A stretch of DNA of 63,969 bases, counting the filler, from Collodictyon triciliatum (Eukaryota): assembly GCA_043381765.1 (NCBI GenBank). It is 12 parts of 12 records of this genome, joined end to end, with 100 filler letters (N's around TTAATTAATTAA, not from the genome) between each part and the next. Parts side by side here need not be neighbours in the genome. Positions count along the whole stretch, not along the records: positions 49,467 to 54,316 come from JBHJMP010005770.1; positions 54,417 to 59,185 come from JBHJMP010005773.1; positions 59,286 to 63,969 come from JBHJMP010005777.1; 9 more parts are not named here. One strand, given 5' to 3'. This document shows, piece by piece, positions 49,467 to 60,506 of this stretch. The number at the start of each line of letters is the position of its first letter. Position 1 is the first letter of the stretch. A program made the translations under genes and the position numbers. The notes below the pieces were generated by a model that made no database searches, was not told the DNA's origin, and was given only the letters and a program-made list of their open reading frames with translations.

Positions 49467-51845
49467 CAATCCTCGAAGGCTCTCCACTACGCCGGATGTG
49501 ACGAAATCTGCTTTACACACAACCCTCGAAGGCTCTCCACTATTCCAGATTACGACGAAGTCTGCCTCACACAAGACACACAGAGGCTTTCCACTATGTC
49601 GGAATACGACGCAGTCTGCTTCACACACACAAATCCGCAGAGGCTCTCCACTATGCCGGAATACGACGCAGTCTGCTTCGCGCACGCAACCCTCGAAGGT
49701 TCTCCACTATGCCGGATTACGAAGATGTCTGCTTCACACGCACAACCCTCAAAGGCTCTCTACTGTGCCCGAATACGACGCTGTCTGCTTCACACACAAC
49801 CCTCGAAGGCTCTCCACTATTCCAGATTACGACGAAGTCTGCCTCACACAAGACCCGCAAAGGCTCTCCACTATGCCAGGATGTGACGATGTCTGCTTGA
49901 CACAAGACCCTCGAAGGCCCTCCACTATGCCGGATTACGACGCAGTCTGCTTCGCGCACGCAACCCTCGAAGGCTCTCCACTATGCTGGAATACAACGAA
50001 ATCTGCTTCACACACACAAATCCGCAGAGGCTCTCCACTATGTCGGATGTGACGCAGTCTGCTTCACACACAACCCTCGAAGGCTCTCCACTATGCCGGA
50101 ATGTGACGAAATCTGATTTACACACGACCCTCGAAGGCTCTCCACTATGTCGGATGTGACGCAGTCTGCTTCACGCCACAACCCTCGAAGGCTCCACTAT
50201 GCTGGAATACGACGCAGTCTGCTTCACACACACAAATACTGCTAAGGCTCTCTACTGTGCCCGAATACGACGAAGTCTGCTTCACACAAGACCCTCGAAG
50301 GCTCTCCATTATGCCGGATTACGACGAAATCTGCTTCACACACAACCCTCGAAGGCTCTCCACTATGCTGGAATACGACGCAGTCTGCCTCGCACAAGAC
50401 ACACAACCCTCGAAGGCTCTCCACTATGTCGGATGTGACGAAATCTGCTTCACACAAGACCCTCGAAGGCTCTCCATTATGGCGGATTACGACGAAATCT
50501 GCTTCACACACAACAACCCCCGAAGACTCTCCATTACGCCGTGATTACGACGCAGTCTGCTTCACACAAGACCCTCGAAGGCTCTCCATTATGCCGGATT
50601 ACGACGAAATCTGCTTCACACACAACCCTCGAAGGCTCTCCACTATGTCGGAATACGACGCAGTCTGCTTCACACACGCACAAATACTGCTAAGGCTCTC
50701 CACTATGCCGGATGAGACACAGTCTGCTTCACACATGCAACCCTCGAAGACTCTCCATTATGCCGAGATACGACGCAGTCTGCTTCACACACAACAACCC
50801 CCGAAGACTCTCCATTATGCCAGGAATACGACACAGTCTGCTTCACACACAACAACCCCCGAAGACTCTCCATTACGCCAGAATACGACGCAGTCTGCTT
50901 CACACACGCAAATACTGCTAAGGCTCTCCACTATGCCGAACGTCGACGAAGTCTGCTTCACACATGCAACCCTCGAAGGCTCTCCACTATGTCGGATGTG
51001 ACGAAATCTGCTTCACACAAGACCCGCAAAGGCTCTCCATTACGCCGGAATACGACACAGTCTGCTTCACACACAACAACCCCCGAAGACTCTCCATTAC
51101 GCCAGAATACGACGCAGTCTGCTTCACACACAACAACCCCCGAAGACTCTCCACTATGCCGGAATACGACGCAGTCTGCTTCACACACGCAATCCTGAAA
51201 GGCTCTCCACTATGCCGGAATACGACGCAGTCTGCTCCACACACACAATCCTCGAAGGCTCTCCACCATGCCCGAATACGACGAAGTCTGCCTCGCACAC
51301 ACAACCCTCCAAGGCCCTCCACTATGCCGGGATGTGACGCAGTCTGTTTCACACACAACCCTCGAAGGCTCTCCACTATGCCCGAATACGACGCAGTCTG
51401 CTTCACACACACAAGACATACAGAGGCTCTCCACTATGCCGGAATACGACGCAGTCTGCTTCTCACACACAACCCTCAAAGGCTCTCCACTATGCCGGAA
51501 TACGACGATGTCTGCTTCACAAGACACACAACCCTCGAAGGCTCTGCACTATGCCGGGATGCGACGAAATCTGCTTCACTCAAGACCCGCAAAGGCTGTG
51601 CGTTTGCCGGAATACGACGAAGTCTGCTTCACACACGCAACCCTGAAAGGCTCTCCACTATGCCGGAATACGACGATGTCTGCTTCACAAGGCACACAGA
51701 CACACAGAGGCTCTCCACTATGCCGAACGTCGACGAAGTCTGCTTCACACACAAGACCCGCAAAGGCTCTGCACTATGCCGGACGTCGACGAAGTCTGCT
51801 TCACACACAAGACCCTCCAAGGCTCTCCACTATGCCGGAATACGA
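49467..51845. repeat. Variant-unit minisatellite, about 42 copies of a 53-61-bp unit (consensus AGGCTCTCCACTATGCCGGAATACGACGCAGTCTGCTTCACACACAACCCTCGA)
   Basis: Counted GGCTCTCCACTA-like heads from 49478 to 51821; the array runs off the contig start. Confidence 0.95.
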
Positions 51846-52615
51846 AAACCGTAAGCCTTAAGCAATCAGATATTCTATTTTGCTCTTCGTATTTTGTTTT
51901 GCACTTGCATACACCTAGTCGATGTTTTTGCTATAATTCATATAGAAGGTTTATTCATGCATAAAGCACAAAAATTGAATTTCCCTTGTGAAAATAGTGC
52001 TATGTGTGCAGTTATGTGAAATTCGAAGCCCAATCCGCTGTTTATTGAGCAACAAAGCCGAATTGCGGACACAAAGGGTCTCCACTATGCCGAATACGAA
52101 AGCCGTAAGTCTTAAGCAATCAGATATTCTATTTCCCATCTCTCACTTCGAGCATTTTGTCTTTTTACTCCACACACTTAGTGGATGTTTTTTTTGTTAT
52201 AATTCATATAGAAGGTTTATTCGTGCATAGAGCACAAAAATTGAATTTCCCTTGTGAAAATAGCATTAGGTGTCAGGCTAGGGGAACATTCGAAGCCCAA
52301 TTCCCTGTTTATTGAGCAACAAAGTCGAATCGCGGACAATTCGCAAAGGCTCTCCACTATGCCGAATACGAAAGTCGTAAGTCTTAAGCAATCTGATATT
52401 TTATTTTGCTCTTTACTTCACTTTGAGCATTTTGTTTTTTTACTTGCATACTTAGTCGATGTTTTTTTTTGTTACAATACATATAGAAGGTTTATTCATG
52501 CATAGAGCACAAATAATAAATCTCTCTTGTGAAAATAGTGCATTCTGTGTCCGACTATGGAACATTCGAAGCCCAATACCTTGTTTATTGAGCAACAAAG
52601 TCGAATCGCGGACAC
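51820..52615. repeat. Three tandem copies of a roughly 256-271-bp unit whose head is homologous to the 56-bp unit
   Basis: CTCCACTATGCCG(G)AATACGAAA..CGTAAG.CTTAAGCAATC.GATATT...ATATAGAAGGTTTATTC...TTCGAAGCCCAAT...TGTTTATTGAGCAACAAAG.CGAAT.GCGGACA begins at about 51821, 52077 and 52348. Confidence 0.92.
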
Positions 52616-53382
52616 GAGACTCAGCATATTCCTGTCCACGTGCAGACGTGAAGGACTTCAGGTGAGTATCCCATTTACACACAAACATTTTTATCATTAA
52701 GAGAATCTCTTATTTTCTCCATTATCATTACAACAATTCGAAATACTTAAGCATTTTTTCTGCTTTTCAATAACCAAAGAATCCATAATAAAATCTCAAC
52801 AACCCATTTTCCAATGTGCATTCTCCAGTTTGTGATTGCAGAATTTCGGCCACTCTCCAACCGCAGCGACGCCGGACTTAGCACAAAGAGGCGCATCCGT
52901 GCAGGTGATTCAGGAAACCCAGGAACATGCAGCAACTCCTCCGCACCAACGCGACTCATGTGGCCACCCCCAGTATTCCCAACCATATGGCAATTCCCAG
53001 GTCTTTGGTGACGCCCGGTGACGCACGCGACAAGCACCCGGCTATTCCCAAGACTTTCGATGCAAGAGGTCAACCTTGGCTGTGGCCAACCCCGAACCGG
53101 TGAATTTCCAAGGAAGCACAAGCACACAAGTTCTGCACAAGTCGTCTTCTCGGAAAAATTCGCCGGCCTTTGCGGGATATTTAATGTCGTCTTGTCGAAA
53201 TCCTTGCCCCTCTTTTCTTATTCACAAAGTACTTTATGATCTCCGTGTGCACAACCCCACCATCCTGACTCGAGTGATTCTGTCCTGTGTGATTGTCAAG
53301 TCCGGTCATAAAACAAATAAATGATGTGTATTGTATTGACACCCAGCCAGTCTACCCATATATACAGTCGGAATCTGTCCAG

Positions 53383-54240
53383 ATGTCCGATCACCTCACA
53401 CCTGCCCAAGTGGATGCGCTTTTGGAAGAAGTCCGGATTCTCTCTTACGATCCAATTGCTGATATTGCCAGTCTGAAAAGATCCACATATCTGGATCTCA
53501 GTGAAAAGAATCTGTCATCTGTGCCGCCTGGTGTCTTTTTGTTGACTGGTCTTAAAGAATTGTATCTTAATGGCAATCAGTTGTCATCACTACCTGCACA
53601 AATATCGTGTTTGACTGGTCTCATAGAATTGTATCTTGGTGAAAATAAGCTGTCATCACTACCTGCACAAATATCGTGTTTGACTGGTCTCAGTGTACTT
53701 TATGTTTATGACAATAAGCTCTCATCTCTTCCTGCACAAATATCGTGTTTGACCGGTCTCACATATCTTAATGTTTGTGGCAATAAGTTGTCATCACTAC
53801 CTGCACAAATATCGTGTTTGACTGGTCTCACATATCTTAATGTTTGTTACAATCAGCTGTCATCACTACCTGCACAAATATCATGTTTGACTGGTCTCAC
53901 AGAACTTGATATTTATGTAAATCAGTTGTCATCGCTACCTCCACAAATATCGTGTTTGACTGGTCTCACATATCTTTATGTATTTGACAATCCGGTATGT
54001 TTTTATTCATATATTATTTTATATTTATGTTTAAAAGATAATGACTGACAACGATACACACAGATGGAGGAGCTTCCAGCACAAATCACAGCGCTCACAA
54101 ATCTGAAAAAACTCTGGATAAACTACGGATACACACAAACCATAAAGAGAGCCCCGCGTGGCATCTCAAATCTCCCCTGCTGGAATAACACAGCATACTC
54201 AGACAATAAACGCATCCGCGCTCTGCAGCTCTACGACCCC
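53383..54240 (+). CDS. Intracellular LRR protein with tandem 69-bp repeats. Exons 53383-53994 and 54064-54240; 3' incomplete
   Basis: LTGLxxLxLxxNxLSSLPAQISC repeats (about 7). DNP|GTATGT...CAG|MEELPAQITALTNLKKLWINYGYTQTIKRAPRGISNLPCW...LQLYDP|GTAAGC. Confidence 0.9.
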
Positions 54241-54416
54241 GTAAGCACACATCCACCCCCAACCCCCACATACACAACACAGGACACAACTAACATAACC
54301 CTAGGTCGATACCGCANNNNNNNNNNNNNNNNNNNNNNNNNNNNNNNNNNNNNNNNNNNNTTAATTAATTAANNNNNNNNNNNNNNNNNNNNNNNNNNNN
54401 NNNNNNNNNNNNNNNN

Positions 54417-57400
54417 GATACCATCTATTCACACCTTCGTCATAAACGGTGCATCCAAAAACACCAAACACCTCTCTTGCGACCGAATAGTATATAAAAA
54501 ACAGAAGATTCAATGCGATGAAAACGGCCTGCAATAAAATATTTTTTTTAGAATTACTAAAGATGAAGCTGAAACAATATGGAGATTTACAATTGAATAT
54601 ATTTTTCCATCCTTACTTTGTTCTGCTTGTGTCCATGTCCAAAATAGTACGTGGCTGAGCCAACAACGATAAAGATTGGTATTCTTGCAAAACTGAACAT
54701 CAGAGAAGCAAACACATCGTCTACTCCAAGCACACAGGAAAGGTTAGGAAATTGGATTGAACCAATAGACGATGAAACTTCAATAAAGCTGTTTGCATCT
54801 TCTGAAAGAACGATTCCATTAGACACAATCGACAGTGTTTGCATGTGGAACATTATTATCCTGAGTTTCGCTACAAAAAAATATTCTGATTAATGAAGAA
54901 AGAATCAAGTGAAATAATTTAGTGACATTTACCTGATTTCGATGTCTCTGTGAAATACAGGTAGCAAATGAACATAAAGAATCCAATCGAACCAATAATC
55001 AGGGTTGAATAAATCGTTCCTTTATCGCATTTCACACACGACCTCCCTTGATTTCCGTATCCATTCTGACATTTTGAGCAGGCATTGCCTTCATATCCCT
55101 CTTGACAAAGGTCTGTGATTTCGACCGTCGTATTTGAATTCGAAATTTTCTCTGGAATCGACACATCACATGACTCACGACGTGGACATGGCAGTATTGA
55201 ATTCACAGAGGTAATGCTTGGTGAAGCATGACAGAATTTCAAGGACGTTCCATCAAGGCAATCACATCCTCTTGCGCATTGAACGCAGTTATTTCCAAAG
55301 CCGAAATATCCAGGCAAGCATTTACAAAATTCAAAATCATAATATTCTGGATTCAAGTCAACCTCCAACTCAATTAGACCAGATTTCGAAATAATGGAAG
55401 GACAAATGTAGCGTTTTGATTCGTCTTGGAGATTGAAAGATGTTGTGAAATTCATGAAATCAGGAAGAAAATTAGCTGTTCCGTGATTCATCGATGTTTT
55501 ATTCAATCCCAAATACTCGAGCCTTGAAAACCCGATGTATGATTCAGGAATGCTCCCAACAATCGGATTTCCAGTGATGTCAAGGGAAGTCCATCTCAAT
55601 AGAGTTGTAAGTTCATCAAGCTTAGTGATGTTGTTGTTTTTAAGACTTAATGTTTTTATGTTAAGGACATAGTCAAAAATCAACCAATTCAGTTCCCCAT
55701 AGAGTTGGTTTTCATCAAGCAAAAGGTTTTCATAAAAATAATCAAATTTGCCTGCTTCTGGAACTATGAAAACACTAGCGTCTCCTGAAAAAGAATTATT
55801 TCTCAGATCAATGGTCACTAGATTCGGCAGATTCCAGAATAAATCAGGCATGTTTCCAGAAAATTTATTGTGAGATAAGACGAGTGATTTAAGTTCTAAT
55901 AATCCCTGAAAATAGGTTGGGACTGTGCCGTTCATTTTGTTCCAAGACAAGTCGATGTATTTAATTGAAGGTAATATCCAGTTATCAGGTATAGAGCCAC
56001 TGATTTGGTTTTCACTCACATCCAGTCTTGTCAGGTTATTCAGATTGAACATCGGTAATGAGCCTGACAACTTATTTCGGAATAGCAATATTTCCTTGAC
56101 TTCGTCGCAATATTTGAAATCTGGAACCTCTCCCTCCAACTGATTATCATAAACAGAAAAAATCTCCATTTTACGCATGTATGAGAATTTTGGAATTGTG
56201 CCTAAAATTACTCATTAATATGAAAGGAAATGTAAAATCAAAAGAAATAGAAAGGGAAAATGAGTAGAAATCACCATTTAATCTGTTTCTATCAAGGTAA
56301 ATTCTTTTAACATTTGTAATACCACTGAAGTTTGGAACGGCTCCTGTAATAAAAAGTTAGTTTTGCATCAATATTACATGAAATAACAATTAAACTTACC
56401 ATTCAATTGATTACCGGAAAGATAAATTTCTAAAACATTAGGAATTCCACTGAAGTTTGGAACCGTTCCTGTAATATAAAGTTAGTTTTGTACTTATATT
56501 TTATATATGAAATAATAATTAAAACTTACCATCCAATTGATTGCCGAAAAGAAATATCTCTAGAATATTTGGAATCCCCCTAAAATTTGGAACCATTCCT
56601 GTAATATAAAGTTAGTTTTTCTATGCCATCATATTTAAGTAAACGAAAAACATACCATGAACCTTGCAGCTATAAATTGCAAGAAACTGAACATTCGGCA
56701 ACACTGAGAAGTCAGGAAGAGTTCCTGAAATGGAAAAATCAATAGAATTCAGAAGAAATTATATTAAAAATTACTTTGTACCTGTAATTTTTTCACTTGA
56801 ACCAATCCACATTCTCTTCAGTGACTGTATTCCAGAAAAATCTGGTATTGTTCCTTCCAAAATATTCCCATCAATCTCAAGGTGTTCAATTTCCGGCATT
56901 CCTTGAAAGTCTGGAATCGTTCCTGTAATTTGATTCACAAAGAGATTCAGATACGTTATACTTGGGAGATTAATGTCTGGAGGATTTCCGTAAATGGAGT
57001 TGTAGCTCATGTCCAAGGAATCCAATAACTGAAACTTCTCAAAAATCGCAGAGGCAGCTTCAATGTCACCGTTAAGGTTGTTTCCTGACATACTGATTCT
57101 GAATATGGGACATGTATTGCTCTACAAATATAAAGGAAAATTATTAAAAGTGAAATCAAAAGAGATTACCATCATTTCAAGAAATACCTTATACTCTTCA
57201 TCCGAGCAGCTCTGATGACACGATATTCCATACCAATCACAAATCGGGATACTTTCATTCTTCCATTCAGTGTTCCGAAACCAATCATCGCCGCCAAGTG
57301 AATCGTAAAGTTGGACAAGCAGTTCGTATTGAGTCCCAGTATTTCCATCGGCCACACTTCGGTTTTCTTCGTTCTCTAACCCCCGTTCTCTGTTTCCACT

Positions 57401-57777
57401 TCGTTTTTGCGAATGAATATCTTTGTAGAAATCGACATTACTAGATGTTAATTTTCTTCCGTAATTCCATTCAGCACCATGTCCATTTTCTAGCGAGTAT
57501 TCTCCATCTTTGCAGCCATTCATCAACCCTGAAAAGTTATCCTCACTCTCTTTTAACAAAGGACATGTCTCATCGTAGTAGCTCAACAGAATTTGGAATG
57601 CATCTTCGACTTTCATGGAAAGTAACTCATCTCTTGAATACTGGCATCTGTTTTCCTTATTTGAGTCGAAAAGGTATTTTATAAAACATCATAAATCAAC
57701 ACATACCTTTGACGTGGGTGAATTGAGGATGCCGATGAAACAATGAAAACGATGGCAACAAACGCAACCAAAAGCAT
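54417..57777 (-). CDS. Signal peptide + plant-type LRR ectodomain + Cys-rich linker + multi-pass TM receptor, 3' incomplete. Exons 57777-57707, 57647-57188, 57121-56782, 56724-56656, 56598-56530, 56468-56400, 56343-56275, 56201-54933, 54870-54617, 54528-54417
   Basis: Signal peptide MLLVAFVAIVFIVSSASS; LRR N-cap LVQLYDSLGGDDW...ICDWYGISC; LxxLxLxxNxLxGxIP repeats; CQEGYEGNACSKCQNGYG; TM helices. All junctions are phase-consistent GT-AG. Confidence 0.88.
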
Positions 57778-60271
57778 CGAATTTCTGGTTATATATTTAA
57801 AATTAAGACTAATTAATCAAATTTATTTATCACAGATTGAAATATGAAACGCACGTTGCAGGAATTTTGGGAGATGTCCTTCTCGATTCGAAGAAATTGT
57901 TGCGTTGGAAATCAGTTCTTTTTTCGTCAGGTGAGTGCATTTCTATCCTATTGCAACCAATTTCTCTGTAAGTTGAATATTATCAGTTCTGCTGATATTT
58001 TATTATCCAAACATAGGAATATTCAGCAAACATGATTTCAAGAATATTCAGTATTAAATAAAGGAATTCTCAAATTGAAGCTTAATTTTGTGTCTACTTA
58101 TCAAATATTATTGATTTTCCATGTGATATAAAGTTGATACGATGAAAATAATGCATCATTTATAAAAATAAATCAACACAAACATATTGCATACGAAAAA
58201 TGAATGAATTTTTTTAGTGTATAATTTTATTTTCATTATTTGATTCTATAATTTTTCCATTAACTGTCTTATTTATATTTTTAACTTTCCTTGTAATAAA
58301 TCAACATCATATCCGTAAACCAATTTTTTTTCGTACACTCATATCTTGATTCAATATTTATAATCATCTCTCTTGTTTCAACTTCATATAAACCAGGTAA
58401 ATAATCTATTATTCAGCATCTTTGGATATTCACCGATAAGCTAAAACGTATGATTGCAAATACAAATGAATTTTGATAGATAAGAGTATCATGAGTTTGT
58501 GCTTCATATGAGTTGATTCACGACTAAAATAATTAAAAGAGAATGGAACTATTTGCATAAAATCATTGTGACAGCCAGAACTTTGTTCATTCCTAAAATT
58601 ATAAATGTCAGTTCCAAATTATATAAAAAATGTTCTTGGTTATTGCATTCGTATAAATTGTTATTCATAATCAAAATGAAAAATGTTAGGATAAAAGGAA
58701 CCATTTATTTGAATCCTCTTAGTGTTAACCATATAACTACACAGTAATTAATCAAACAATCAGAGGTTAAAACAGCCATATTATCAGATAATTTATGAGT
58801 CAATTATTAAAGAAACCCTGTTTGATTGACAATGACAAATAATAATCATATGAGAAAAATGATATCACCCTGGAACATGGCTTCCGATAAATTTGTTCTG
58901 GATTTTAAAAGTCTAAAATTGAGTATATGAAATCTTCCTTCAGTTAGCTGGATTACTAATTGTTTTAGAACTATGGTTACTCATGAAGTACGCCCATATG
59001 TGTATGGACAAGGCCAAGCGATGAATCACATCCTAATATTTGGTAAACTTACATTAACAAATGATTGAAATACCAAAATATGTTTTGTGAGAGCTGGGTA
59101 TCATCTCTAAGAGGTTCAGTGATTAGCAATAAGTTTCACTATAGATTTGCATGTATCTGTTTCATCGTGATTATTTCATTCTCTANNNNNNNNNNNNNNN
59201 NNNNNNNNNNNNNNNNNNNNNNNNNNNNNTTAATTAATTAANNNNNNNNNNNNNNNNNNNNNNNNNNNNNNNNNNNNNNNNNNNNTTTTTTCTTTTTTCT
59301 TTCTTCTTTTCTTCTTTTCTTCTTTTCTTCTTTTCTTCTTTTCTTCTTTTCTTCTTTTTTCTTTATTCTTTTTTCTTCTTTTTTTTGGTCGCTCGTTGTT
59401 GTGGCAGCAGGGCGATCGATTTTCGAAAGTGAGAACCGATTCAAAGAAAATCAGGTAAGAGTCGCCATTATCATTTCTGGATATTATCATTCATATATTT
59501 TTGCAACATTTGAAATGTGCAGTATGATGAACTATGGAGTTGGTAATGTAATATATATTCACTATGTGTACTTTACTTAACCATCAGATATACTACATTA
59601 AAGGCCACCCCAGACTTGCCCCAACCACAACACGAACAGAAACATATCCATTATATTCCAGATATGAATATTCCAATAATAGCATAAAGACAAAAGGGCG
59701 CCACTGCTTTTCCGAAAACACCAAATTTGGATAAATAGCCGAAAATTCTCGTAGCCACCGAAAAATGTGTGAAACAAAACCCTTTTTTTCTCACGGTTTT
59801 GTTGGATAAAATCCGCCCGGCCGAACTACAATCAAGCGGAAAGCGCCGTGATTCCTGTGCGGCCGAATCAATGAAGCGGCACAAAGCGTGCGGACATGAT
59901 TCTATGCAGAAACTCTAATGCTGTTGCGGCTGGTGCCATAATATGTTAAATATCCTGAGAAAACGAATAAAGGAAAAAAAAATAATAATTATCCTGAGAG
60001 AAAACAACGAGACGCATCGATATTGCGGTGTTGCCTCACAATACGGTTTCCTTTTCTCTTTTCTCTCTTTATTTCTTTTCTCTCTTTTTCAGCAGAAGCA
60101 TTTGTTGCTTTGGTGCCCCTTGTCGGTCTCCTAGTATTGGATACCTCTTCTAGAACTCTTTTTTTTTCTTCTTCCTCTTCTTCTTGTTTCTATAGCCTAT
60201 CTATCAGATAAGGGTTTTATCTTGGACGACATCGTGCTTTAACTATGAGACAGTTCTGATCTTTAGAAGTG

Positions 60272-60408
60272 ATGAGTTTCCTCAAGCCTTTTCTGCCCGC
60301 TTTCCATCGTGCTGTGCCCGTCGCGCGCAGTGGCTTCACTCTGTCTGCCTCCTTCCAACAAGTTGCCAAGTACACAAGTACGGTTATCCTCTCCCTTTCT
60401 CTTCAGTT

Positions 60409-60506
<98 letters not shown>

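Noticed and set aside
49467-51845. CRISPR array (conserved 44-nt core with variable intervening sequence)
   Set aside because: The intervening parts are only about 10-17 nt and are reused rather than unique. The core is degenerate, there are no cas genes, and the contig carries a spliced eukaryotic gene.
49498-51861. Protein-coding repeat ORFs (MPEYDAVCFTHNPRRLST...)
   Set aside because: Unit lengths of 53-61 nt are often not multiples of 3, so frames switch constantly. ORFs appear on both strands, as expected for a stop-poor satellite.
51820-52615. Hammerhead retrozyme-type tandem repeat
   Set aside because: I could not find a CUGANGA...GAAA core with the required stems on either strand by eye; an Infernal search would settle it.
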